Source: Trichosphaerium sp. ATCC 40318 (taxonomy: Eukaryota; Protista; Tubulinea). Taken from it: a DNA stretch of 64,000 bases. The position numbers were made by a program, and so were the translations under genes. The notes beneath the pieces were generated by a model. That model worked only from the letters and a program-made list of their open reading frames with translations, did no database searches and was not told the DNA's origin. The first letter of the stretch is position 1; each line of letters starts with the position of its first letter. Positions 51,554 to 64,000 of the stretch are shown here, in pieces. Location: positions 248,001-312,000 of the forward strand of contig JALMLS010000342.1 of assembly GCA_038496445.1 (NCBI GenBank), read 5' to 3'.

Positions 51554-54500
51554 AAAAACTAAGTTTCGCAACTCTGAGATGGCCACCATACATCATACGC
51601 GATTCAAAGTACAAAGCAACATTTTGGGCAAAAAATGACAGAAAACTAAAATGGCATGTAGGTAATATTTACATTTACCATGTTGCTATCCAAATACAAC
51701 TATATGAGGCATGTATAACAACTATGCCATATAGGATAAAAAATCACGTGGTGTATGGTGGCAAGCGATCGAAAAACCCAAAAATGGTTCTGACTTTATG
51801 TATTTCACAAATTTTGGATCACATATATGCCGCCTCACCATTTCGATTGCATATTCATAATTTATGGCAAATTTGGAGACTAAAAACACGGTTTCGCAAT
51901 CACGAGACAATATGGCAAGGGGGGCCCTCATGCAAAAAGAAGTTGCTTAAAAATAAGTAATGAACGCGCATTCGAATCACCGAAAGCCATGACCATCTAT
52001 GACCAAATCGTTGCTTGCATCATGTAGTCAGATTATAAGCACATACAAAAAGCTTTGTGGGGTGTTATAGGTGATTTTATAATGCCATTGTGTAAGCAAT
52101 CCTTAGGCCAACGTGATTTTGCCGCTAAAAAGTGCCGAAAAGCAGTAAAAATGCTGCCAAAAACGCTATCTCATTATGGAGAATACTTATGATAATTTTG
52201 ATGCCATATTTGGCTTGCAACGGCCATTTAAGGGCTAGAAACATATTTTATATTTTCATGGGGAATGCTTGAGGCCATATTTTCGCTCAGTTAGAGGGTT
52301 CGTTTTTATTACAACCTTAATCTTTGTGGTAGATAGTTTCTTGAAAACTATTTTACCAAAAGAATAAAAAATTATCTTAGTTACCAATAAAAGATTATCT
52401 TATATCTCATAGTCATGAATAGATATGAAAATAAATAATATCTCATTATGTTACCATGTATGTATAAATATGAATTTAAATTACAATTTAGCTACACATG
52501 ATATACTAAAAACTTTGTGTATATGAGAAATGTGCATACATATTTTTTACCAAAAAAAAAAGCCAATTACAAACTCAAAATCGCTTACATCTATATAACT
52601 CATCACTATAAATACCTACAAATCAATTATTGCTTGTATCACGTTTATATGGCCTAATAACATATATGTACATACATAAAGTAATTAAAAATACATTTGT
52701 AAATGCAGCCTCCAAACACAACTGCATGGTAAAAATATTTCAAAATTTACATCAAAAAAAGTTCGCGTGTCGCTCACAGGCCATGTAGTGCACAAATATC
52801 ATTGTCAATGCTGCACACCATAATAATACATGCCTGTGCCTAACAACACAGCCATGAAAGTAGCAAAATCTAATAAAATCGGAAAAGTAGAGGTTTAGGT
52901 AATTTTAACCCTAATTGGTTTATAGAATATAATCTTAATAAGTAAAAAGCAAATTACATCCAACGAAGTATTTTAACAGAATACATAAATTTGGTAGTGA
53001 AATCCAACTTTGCAATTTTCAATGCAAGTTGCAAGTAATCGAAGTTATTTTTCCAAATCAAAACAATTCAAAACATAAGTTGGTTCAAGCTGATAAACTG
53101 TTTATTTTGAGTTTTAAACACTTTTTCACAATGTACAATGTCATTTAAACTACAGCCAAGAAGTTTTATCTATTTACTAGATTTTTTATATGGCTGGTGA
53201 TTGCCTTTTACCAGGTGTTGGGCACATGACAGAGGAGTTAAACCTCAGTTTTGTAAATAATTAAAATTATCATCATGTGGTGCAGTTTAATACATACCAA
53301 CCTAAATAATCTTGTTGTATAATTTACAAGAATAAAGCCCAAAGTTATTACGACTCATGTCTTATGAATTGTTTTGTGATTTGAAAAAATAGCTTTGATT
53401 ACTTGCAACACTTTTTTGGACTTGCATTGAAAATCAAAAGGTTTTTGGCCTTCCTTGTTCTGTGAAATCCTTCATCAAATGTAATTTGCTTTTTACTTGA
53501 TTGATAATATTGTAGATTAGGATTAGGGCTTAATATCAGATTCTATGTTAGGGTTAGGGTTAGGGCTAGGTTTACAACCCTAATGATTACACTATGTTGG
53601 CTAGGGCTAGATATAGGGTTACAACCCTAAGTAGAATTAGGGTTAGGTTAATATGTATTAGGGTTTTGAGTCCAATATTTTACTAGCCTTGCTTTTTCTT
53701 TAAGTTATTATGTATCACTAACTAATGTGAAACAGTTTACAATAACGTTCATTTTGTTGCTTTTAGCATACTTATAATTGTATTTTAGATTAAAGTTACT
53801 TTTACTGTATAACATCTTTACCAAAACCAAATTTGGATTGTCAACATTGGCAGCACACTTTCCACTGTAACACCAAAACTTATAAATGTTATCTTTATTG
53901 AGTCATGCTACAACTTACTTTTGTACAACAAAAAACATTTTATACACAACAAAGAATAACCTACTCTTCTTCATCATCACCAGCTTTATCAACGCCAAAC
54001 ACATCATTTGCTGTACGCAAACGATTTTCACGCTCTAGAAGCCGTAATTAGAGCCTTTGAAATTTGGACAAAAAAAAAACAAACATAGCAATGGTAAAAT
54101 AAAAACATACGTTGACGTAATGTACTCTGCCTGCGCAAGCGTCTTTTACGGAACCCATTGCCAGATCTTATAGATGAACAATTAGCGAAAAGTGTTACTA
54201 ATTTAACAAACAAAGGGGAAAAAAAAAAAACAAAACAATGGGCAAGATTTAAAGCACCTTAGCTGGCTAAGTGCATCAGTGATATCCTCTGGTTGTTCCT
54301 TTTCACTATCGCTAGCAGGATTATCATCAATAACAACTACTACAGCCTTCTTTTCTTTCTTAGGTGCATTCGATGATGAGGAGGATGATGACGATGGTTT
54401 ATCTGCTTTCTACACGAGATGTAAGTTAGTTCCAACTAAACCCCCTTTTTTGGCAACATTGAATTGAAATAAAAGAGTTGGCTACGCACATTCTTTTCTT

Positions 54501-55392
54501 GACGACGTCGTTTACGTCTGAGCTCCCTCTGGCGTTCACGCTCCTCTTTTTCAGACAGTTTTTTGACTTCAGTGTCTTTGCCGGTCTTTTGACGTTGCTT
54601 CAACCTCTCCGCCTTTTCTTCTTGCCGCTTCTTACGGCGCTCTTTTTCTTCACGTGTCTTGCGTATCTTAACTTCTTTGCGTGCTTTCTTGACACACAGA
54701 GTATTAGTTTATTTACCAGCTGAAAGAAACAGTTGTCTTATCGATAGTTGCTTGTTGCGTACCTTAAAAGCCTCTGCAAACGCATTGACATACCCAAACA
54801 ACACCTCTGGTGCTGTGGATGGTTTCTCACCAAATTTCTCAGCAATGCGCTTGTAATGGTCTTGTACAAGCTTAGAGCTCTTTTCAAGTTCTTCAAACTC
54901 CATTCTTGCTTCAGCAAGGAATGGCTAACACATTGTTAAATACGCTCAATCGTGAAAACAAAAAATACAATAATGAAGAAAAAAAAAAACAAACACAGAC
55001 ATCGACCGACGTACTGGCATAACTTCGTCAAATTTATCTTTTGGTCTGCCTTTCGTCTCAATAACTTGTTTCAACTTCTTTTCGCACAAGTTCATTTGTC
55101 CTTTCATTTTGTTTATATCGCCAGTCACATTGCCCCAGCTAACTGTTTGCACAAATAGTTAGTGAGGCTTTGCAATTAAATGTAATAAAATTTCAAAAAG
55201 AAAAACAAATCTGAAATTGTGTGCATACTCCTGGTGGCGTGTTTTAAACTCTTCAGCTCATTCGTCCATTTAAGGATTTCTGGATTTGTTGATTCAATAT
55301 ACTCTGTTATCCATTGTAATAAATTTCCCTTGTTATCAGTTGTACGTGTATCAACAAGCTACAAAAAAATCAGAACCAAAAAAAAAAAATAA
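51554..55392 (-). repeat. ~3.8-kb inverted copy (reverse complement of ~60160..64000; 51846..55392 also mirrors ~47610..51164)
   Basis: ORFs 54028-55158 mirror 47850-48977 and 60393-61524. Both ends were matched by reading the sequence directly. Confidence 0.95.
53961..55358 (-). pseudogene. Inverted 3' fragment of the formin (distal FH2 + DAD)
   Basis: Starts at exon LVDTRTTDNK and lacks all upstream formin exons. Confidence 0.85.
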
Positions 55393-55425
55393 AGAAAAAA
55401 AAAGAAAAAAAGAGGTGGTTGGTAC

Positions 55426-56087
55426 TTGAATCTGTGACTCTGCCACGAAAACTCTGGGAATACTTGCTTCAAACACAGCGTTATGCTATCATTGTATCTA
55501 GTGAGGTCGGTTACAACAGAACGTCCGAATCGTCGGTTCAGCACTACCTAGTCTTCAATAATTTGTACATAACGCGTTGCTCATCTACCGCCATTACATC
55601 TTTGTAGTTATACAAGTACCAGTCTTGAAGCTTCTTAACACCTAATAAGCTACCAACTGCAAGTACATGCATTCGTTGAGTAACCAAATCGCCCCAGTAA
55701 CTGGTAGGAGCGTTCCTACGAATAATAATGACAAAAAAAAATAAAACAAAGGGGGTTTTACCTGAAGCGGTGCAATCTCCATTTATGACTTGGGTACAAA
55801 CATTGCAACGCACGTGGAAGAGAGTTACCAAACCTAGTTTCAAAAAAAAGATTGTCAGCTTTTGCGTCGTTTACAAAGAACGCTTGCTATAGCGTATACA
55901 CGCGTTTAGGTTCAAGCCTAGTTTATCTGTACCTGCTCAAAAGCGATGCAGCGCCTAATTCCAGCAACTCTTCCTTCGTTATACTGTACCATTCATCTAT
56001 GGTATGTACACAAAGTTTGCGCTCTGCTTGCCGAAAAAATCGCGTTTGGTTTGTTCTGAGCAGCCAGAACCCTCGGGGAACATTCAT
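55426..56087 (-). pseudogene. 5' half (2 repeats) of duplicated repeat-protein paralog 4, truncated at the rearrangement junction
   Basis: Matches 42812..43506. Downstream exons are replaced by the inverted formin fragment. Confidence 0.85.
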
Positions 56088-56823
56088 GGGCGTAGGTAGG
56101 AGTGACAGACGGACATAGTAATTTGTTTTTGGTTTTGAGATAAAGCGAGACCAACAAATTTTTTTTGTTTTTGGAGTAAAAAAGGAAAAACACCTCCTCG
56201 GTCCTGTATTTTGATTTGTCCGCTCTATTGGCGAGCCTCACGCGCATAACGGAACAATGAGCAGTCGTGTACGTTATCACGCCACAAATAAACCGATTTT
56301 TTTTTACCCAAAACCACCGTAAAGCGGCCAGAGTAGCCACGTTTTAACGCCACGATTGTTTGTTGGTATCAGGACGCAGTTTTCAACAACATAGTTGCTT
56401 GTTTTGCGCTCGTACCCTGATATCAGGTAACAAGACGTGTTTGATACTACTGAGTATGTAATATCGAAAAATGGACAGAACTTTTTTTAATTAAACAGTT
56501 GCGCCACTTGTTGAGCTGTAATAGACCAAATAGAGAAAAAAATTACTACGCCCTAACTCCGTGTATCTGTGGTAGTGCTGGGCGTGTCTATATGGTTGTT
56601 TTTTTCTTGTTGTTGTTGCTTGCAAAAAAAAAAAAATTGAACCTTGTATTCGCATTGCGGTGTTGCCCAGGGTTATTTGACATTCTTCTTTATTGCACCC
56701 TTTCGGTTTTGTTATTATTCACCAAATCATTTTTCTTTTTCAAAACCTCACATTAACCACAAACTAAAAACCGTTATCTTATAAAATTTTAACGTACGTG
56801 GGACGTACTAAATTCTATTATAG

Positions 56824-59800
56824 CAATCCCGTCGTTGTACATCAACAAATTGAAGGAATCTGCAGATCTCACAGTGCTCAAACAACTTCGCAAAACGTTG
56901 GAGAATGAGAAAATAAGTTGGATAGAGCGTTTCAGGCGAAAGGGTGGCTCCAAGTGCTTGATTCTTACTTTAGAGCGTATTAAAACTTCCAAAACGCAAG
57001 GTACAAGAGAAGAACACATGCTAATACAATGCATGAAATGTTTACAACAACTCATGAGTGACAAGGAGGTATGTAAAGTTTTTCTCTAGCACGTGTAGTT
57101 TTTTTTTTGTCTACTAATCACACCCCTTAACAGGCGACCACAGACTTACTAGTTAGCGAACCAAATCTGATCAGTGAAATTGCAGAAGCAATTGATACTC
57201 CATTTGGCTCTGTAAAAGGTAAGTACAATTCTACAAAGCCAATTATCAATTTGTCACTGTTTTTTTTTTTTATTTTTTTATTATGTTGCAATACATATTT
57301 GTTTTAACCTTCGTCTACTTTTTATTCACAAGCTTCTTTTTTAAAGCTATGGTGTATGAATTACTTGCTGCTATTGTACTCCTTACTGAAGACGGGCATC
57401 GTAAAGTATTAAAGGCCATGGATTGGTAAATAACGACCTTTTTTTTTGCTTAACTATTCTTTTTCTTCCGATCTATCTGTTTGTTAACTAGGAGATTAGG
57501 TACCACTACAAATTTAGGGAGCGCCGTAGATTTCAAAATCTCGTTGATTGTGTGAGACTTGATAAGAGTTCAACTGTTAGAGCAACTGCGTTTTCGTTCA
57601 TCAATTGTTTATTGAATACCCCAGAAGAACTGGATGCCCGTGTAGATTTGCGTCAAGAATTTCAGTCATTGGGGCTCGACATAGCGAAATTGAAACAAAC
57701 TGAATTAGACGAAAAAGTTCTAGAGCAAGTGGAAGCGTTCGATCAAGATGCACAACAAGGTGGGCATACATTTTTTTTTAACGCATCTTGTGTGCGGTAG
57801 GGTAGTAGTATCAATTGACAGAACAAACAATAAAAAAAAAAAAAAACTCGCCAAAACAACCCAATTCGCCGGAAAACCGACTGATTAATTTTTTTCAGAT
57901 GAGGAGAGTATAAGGAACGCATGGCTGGCCGCAAGATCAATTTCCGCGCACCAAAGGATCTCTTTATTAATTTGATTTCTCACCTAAGACCAGCGCCTCA
58001 CTTGCGCCCACTGTTTCTATCTATAATGCGAGACATGAACTTGATGAAAACTGACAAAGATGGTGGTCTGAAATGCTGGTTGTTGGCTACAAAATTTATT
58101 CACAATGTTGCTGCTAATACAAAATCGTTCTCGTGGGATAATGGTGCGTGACAACAAATTATTGTGACAACAAAAACCTGTTTTTGTTTGAACAAAAGCG
58201 AACGAAAAAAAAAAAAACCCCTATTGGCTTGACATGTGTTTCAAAATCATTCTTCGAATCCGCTAAGTTAATGTGTTCGGTTTTTTTTCTGCTTGTGTTC
58301 TGTTTGGGGCGCTGAACTAATGCATTTTTTTTACCCCTAGACCACACTGTGGATTTTGATGAATTAATGGAAGCCATTGACGAAGAAGAACTTGAGTTGC
58401 TTCGATCATCGCCCAAAGATGCTGCTGTGCGCTTAAGGAAAGAGCTTGAGGAATGTCAGCAAAAGCTTGATGGGTTAGATGATCTCAAGAAAGAAAACAA
58501 GGCTTTACAAGAACAAATTGTCAAACTTAAAAAGAGTGTGGCCTCTGGAGGAGGTACCCCCTTTGTTCTCATTTTCGTACCTTTTCTCATTGTCTTTTTT
58601 AACCTGACCCACCGTAGCGCCACCACCTAAATCAAAACCATTGGAAGTATCTTCAGCACCACTTCCCCCACCACCACCTCCTCCAGGCATGGCCGTTACA
58701 GGAGGACCTCCACCACCCCCTCCACCACCGGGCATGGCCGTTACAGGGGGACCACCGCCGCCTCCACCACCAGGTACGGGTGGCCCAGGAGGACCACCAC
58801 CGCCACCACCGCCGGGTATGGGCGGGCCTCCAGGACCGCCACCACCACCTGGAATGCCAGGGCCTCCTGGTGCGCCGCCAATGGGAAAACCAAAGCCCAC
58901 CTATACGGTACGTTCTATCGCTTCTCATTATTATTATTTGCTTACGCCTCCCATGTTTTGCACATATTGGTTCTACACTTATAGTCTTGATTATATATCT
59001 ATGTAGTTATATATATGTTTATTAATACGTATCCCTATCATCGGTGACATACATATCGAAGTTTTGTTTTGCCCAAGCCTGGCCTCTGAACTAACCTATT
59101 TATCTAAACAAAAGGGACCCAAACCATCAGTAAAAATGCGAAATTTGAACTGGCGTAAAGTTCCTGCGCACAAATTACAGAATACAATTTTCGCGGATAT
59201 GAAGTGGCAAGATTTGAAATTCAACCACGCAGATCTCGAAAAGAAATTCGCAAAAAAAATCATTATCAAGAAAAAGAAAGAAGGTACGCCGCCACCCAAA
59301 AATACTTTTTTTCTCAGTGCTTTTTTTTTGTTTTGTTTTGTTTTCCATTCCTGCACAAATGAACTCTATTGTTAATTAATTTCTTAGCTTCAGCAGTAGC
59401 GAAAGCGAAGAAAGTGAGCCTTGTCGCTCCTAAGAGAAGTCAAAATTGTTCTATTTTTTTGAGTCGTTTTAAGATGGACTCAAGCACTGTAATTAATGCC
59501 ATCACAAACTGTGATGAGAAAGTTCTTACTTTAGAAACAGCCTTAAGTTTGCTATTGAATATGCCAGCAAAGGAAGAGGTACCTACCATTGCTTCTGTTT
59601 TATTTATTTATTTATTTATTTTTTTTTACCAAACTGTGTTGTAACGCCTCCACTCCCTAGCTCCAACTCATTAATGATTACTTACAAAACAATGGCAAAC
59701 CTGAGATGCTGGAAAAAGTGGAACAATTTTACATCAAATTATCTAAAATTCCAGTACTTCAGCTACGCATGGACGTTATGGTGTTCAAGCTGAGGTTCCC

Positions 59801-61591
59801 AGAAAAAATGGGCGAGTTGAAGCCAGTGCGTTGCCCACCTTGGTTGTCTATTTTTTTTTTCTTTCAACTTTTTTTACGCCGCAATGCTGATAGCCTCCGT
59901 AGGCAGTGTTTAAAGTTGGCAAAGCTATACGTGACTTACGTCACAAAGGAAAAAACTTTGTAAAGATAGTGGAGGTACCTACTTGGTTATTTTTCTTTTA
60001 GTTTTTTAAAGTTGACCCCCTTTTTATTTCTAACAACCACTCTTAGATTATTTTAGCTGTAGGAAATTTTATAAATCACAGTACTACACGTGGTAATTGT
60101 ATGGGTTTTTATTTCCCTTCTTTGCTCAAGGTACTCTTTTTCTTTTCTTTTCTATTTATTTTTTTTTTCTTTTGGTTCTGATTTTTTTGTAGCTTGTTGA
60201 TACACGTACAACTGATAACAAGGGAAATTTATTACAATGGATAACAGAGTATATTGAATCAACAAATCCAGAAATCCTTAAATGGACGAATGAGCTGAAG
60301 AGTTTAAAACACGCCACCAGGAGTATGCACACAATTTCAGATTTGTTTTTCTTTTTGAAATTTTATTACATTTAATTGCAAAGCCTCACTAACTATTTGT
60401 GCAAACAGTTAGCTGGGGCAATGTGACTGGCGATATAAACAAAATGAAAGGACAAATGAACTTGTGCGAAAAGAAGTTGAAACAAGTTATTGAGACGAAA
60501 GGCAGACCAAAAGATAAATTTGACGAAGTTATGCCAGTACGTCGGTCGATGTCTGTGTTTGTTTTTTTTTTTCTTCATTATTGTATTTTTTGTTTTCACG
60601 ATTGAGCGTATTTAACAATGTGTTAGCCATTCCTTGCTGAAGCAAGAATGGAGTTTGAAGAACTTGAAAAGAGCTCTAAGCTTGTACAAGACCATTACAA
60701 GCGCATTGCTGAGAAATTTGGTGAGAAACCATCCACAGCACCAGAGGTGTTGTTTGGGTATGTCAATGCGTTTGCAGAGGCTTTTAAGGTACGCAACAAG
60801 CAACTATCGATAAGACAACTGTTTCTTTCAGCTGGTAAATAAACTAATACTCTGTGTGTCAAGAAAGCACGCAAAGAAGTTAAGATACGCAAGACACGTG
60901 AAGAAAAAGAGCGCCGTAAGAAGCGGCAAGAAGAAAAGGCGGAGAGGTTGAAGCAACGTCAAAAGACCGGCAAAGACACTGAAGTCAAAAAACTGTCTGA
61001 AAAAGAGGAGCGTGAACGCCAGAGGGAGCTCAGACGTAAACGACGTCGTCAAGAAAAGAATGTGCGTAGCCAACTCTTTTATTTCAATTCAATGTTGCCA
61101 AAAAGGGGGGTTTAGTTGGAACTAACTTACATCTCGTGTAGAAAGCAGATAAACCATCGTCATCATCCTCCTCATCATCGAATGCACCTAAGAAAGAAAA
61201 GAAGGCTGTAGTAGTTGTTATTGATGATAATCCTGCTAGCGATAGTGAAAAGGAACAACCAGAGGATATCACTGATGCACTTAGCCAGCTAAGGTGCTTT
61301 AAATCTTGCCCATTGTTTTGTTTTTTTTTTTTTCCCCTTTGTTTGTTAAATTAGTAACACTTTTCGCTAATTGTTCATCTATAAGATCTGGCAATGGGTT
61401 CCGTAAAAGACGCTTGCGCAGGCAGAGTACATTACGTCAACGTATGTTTTTATTTTACCATTGCTATGTTTGTTTTTTTTTTGTCCAAATTTCAAAGGCT
61501 CTAATTACGGCTTCTAGAGCGTGAAAATCGTTTGCGTACAGCAAATGATGTGTTTGGCGTTGATAAAGCTGGTGATGATGAAGAAGAGTAG
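56824..61591 (+). CDS. Formin copy 2 (two apparent 1-nt exonic deletions: pseudogene or sequencing error)
   Basis: Same exon series as copy 1. caatcccg vs caatccccg at ~56828, and gaggagag vs gaggaagag at ~57905. Confidence 0.8.
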
Positions 61592-64000
61592 GTTATTCTT
61601 TGTTGTGTATAAAATGTTTTTTGTTGTACAAAAGTAAGTTGTAGCATGACTCAATAAAGATAACATTTATAAGTTTTGGTGTTACAGTGGAAAGTGTGCT
61701 GCCAATGTTGACAATCCAAATTTGGTTTTGGTAAAGATGTTATACAGTAAAAGTAACTTTAATCTAAAATACAATTATAAGTATGCTAAAAGCAACAAAA
61801 TGAACGTTATTGTAAACTGTTTCACATTAGTTAGTGATACATAATAACTTAAAGAAAAAGCAAGGCTAGTAAAATATTGGACTCAAAACCCTAATACATA
61901 TTAACCTAACCCTAATTCTACTTAGGGTTGTAACCCTATATCTAGCCCTAGCCAACATAGTGTAATCATTAGGGTTGTAAACCTAGCCCTAACCCTAACC
62001 CTAACATAGAATCTGATATTAAGCCCTAATCCTAATCTACAATATTATCAATCAAGTAAAAAGCAAATTACATTTGATGAAGGATTTTCACAGAACAAGG
62101 AAGGCCAAAAACCTTTTGATTTTCAATGCAAGTCCAAAAAAGTGTTGCAAGTAATCAAAGCTATTTTTTCAAATCACAAAACAATTCATAAGACATGAGT
62201 CGTAATAACTTTGGGCTTTATTCTTGTAAATTATACAACAAGATTATTTTAGGTTTGGTATGTATTAAACTGCACCACATGATGATAATTTTAAATTATT
62301 TACAAAACTGAGGTTTAACTCCTCTGTCATGTGCCCAACACCTGGTAAAAGGCAATCACCAGCCATATAAAAAATCTAGTAAATAGATAAAACTTCTTGG
62401 CTGTAGTTTAAATGACATTGTACATTGTGAAAAAGTGTTTAAAACTCAAAATAAACAGTTTATCAGCTTGAACCAACTTATGTTTTGAATTGTTTTGATT
62501 TGGAAAAATAACTTCGATTACTTGCAACTTGCATTGAAAATTGCAAAGTTGGATTTCACTACCAAATTTATGTATTCTGTTAAAATACTTCGTTGGATGT
62601 AATTTGCTTTTTACTTATTAAGATTATATTCTATAAACCAATTAGGGTTAAAATTACCTAAACCTCTACTTTTCCGATTTTATTAGATTTTGCTACTTTC
62701 ATGGCTGTGTTGTTAGGCACAGGCATGTATTATTATGGTGTGCAGCATTGACAATGATATTTGTGCACTACATGGCCTGTGAGCGACACGCGAACTTTTT
62801 TTGATGTAAATTTTGAAATATTTTTACCATGCAGTTGTGTTTGGAGGCTGCATTTACAAATGTATTTTTAATTACTTTATGTATGTACATATATGTTATT
62901 AGGCCATATAAACGTGATACAAGCAATAATTGATTTGTAGGTATTTATAGTGATGAGTTATATAGATGTAAGCGATTTTGAGTTTGTAATTGGCTTTTTT
63001 TTTTGGTAAAAAATATGTATGCACATTTCTCATATACACAAAGTTTTTAGTATATCATGTGTAGCTAAATTGTAATTTAAATTCATATTTATACATACAT
63101 GGTAACATAATGAGATATTATTTATTTTCATATCTATTCATGACTATGAGATATAAGATAATCTTTTATTGGTAACTAAGATAATTTTTTATTCTTTTGG
63201 TAAAATAGTTTTCAAGAAAACTATCTACCACAAAGATTAAGGTTGTAATAAAAACGAACCCTCTAACTGAGCGAAATATGGCCTCAAGCATTCCCCATGA
63301 AAATATAAAATATGTTTCTAGCCCTTAAATGGCCGTTGCAAGCCAAATATGGCATCAAAATTATCATAAGTATTCTCCATAATGAGATAGCGTTTTTGGC
63401 AGCATTTTTACTGCTTTTCGGCACTTTTTAGCGGCAAAATCACGTTGGCCTAAGGATTGCTTACACAATGGCATTATAAAATCACCTATAACACCCCACA
63501 AAGCTTTTTTGTATGTGCTTATAATCTGACTACATGATGCAAGCAACGATTTGGTCATAGATGTCATGGCTTTCGGTGATTCGAATGCGCGTTCATTACT
63601 TATTTTTAAGCAACTTCTTTTTGCATGAGGGCCCCCTTGCCATATTGTCTCGTGATTGCGAAACCGTGTTTTTAGTCTCCAAATTTGCCATAAATTATGA
63701 ATATGCAATCGAAATGGTGAGGCGGCATATATGTGATCCAAAATTTGTGAAATACATAAAGTCAGAACCATTTTTGGGTTTTTCGATCGCTTGCCACCAT
63801 ACACCACGTGATTTTTTATCTATATGGCATAGTTGTTATACATGCCTCATATAGTTGTATTTGGATAGCAACATGGTAAATGTAAATATTACCTACATGC
63901 CATTTTAGTTTTCTGTCATTTTTTGCCCAAAATGTTGCTTTGTACTTTGAATCGCGTATGATGTATGGTGGCCATCTCAGAGTTGCGAAACTTAGTTTTT

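Larger units (their letters stand above)
55390..63709 (+). repeat. ~8.3-kb segment, direct repeat copy 2
   Basis: Near-identical to 42772..51164. Confidence 0.95.

Noticed and set aside
63364-63854. 147-aa and 97-aa ORFs in the AT-rich tract
   Set aside because: Broken by frameshifts in the other two copies, with no recognisable domain or transposase motif.
1-64000. CRISPR arrays, rRNA, tRNA or an alternative genetic code
   Set aside because: No repeat-spacer array or RNA-gene signature was seen by eye. In-frame stops are explained by short introns, and TAA, TAG and TGA all terminate genes.

Overview
Eukaryotic nuclear DNA, AT-rich and compact, with many short (about 40-60 nt) GT-AG introns, often GTAC/GTACG donors and CTAAC-like branch points. 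Most track ORFs are therefore exon fragments. Gene content and intron style suggest a free-living protist, possibly an amoebozoan (inference). The 4-49 kb stretch holds about 20 spliced genes: a Ser/Thr kinase, two PA-domain multi-TM proteins, a histidine acid phosphatase, an M36 fungalysin, BOD1/Shg1-like, long SKP1-like, Alba-RGG, RSU1-like LRR, eIF3c, PH-C2-C2-RasGAP, GFRP-like, FSH1/OVCA2, a mitochondrial PPR protein, UROS and a Diaphanous-related formin. The main finding is four paralogous genes built from 4-7 copies of a ~65-70 aa Trp-rich repeat; three end in a PD-(D/E)xK-like (Vsr/DUF559/RAP-like) nuclease domain with shared intron positions, and one stops just before it. This is a candidate modular repeat-guided nuclease family. 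The right third is a duplication-inverted triplication-duplication of the formin locus, either a real rearrangement or an amplification/assembly artefact. It includes degenerate TTAGGG repeats, a telomere-repeat-capped foldback element and an ATGGC-dense tract. Exon boundaries were spliced by eye, so gene ends are approximate.
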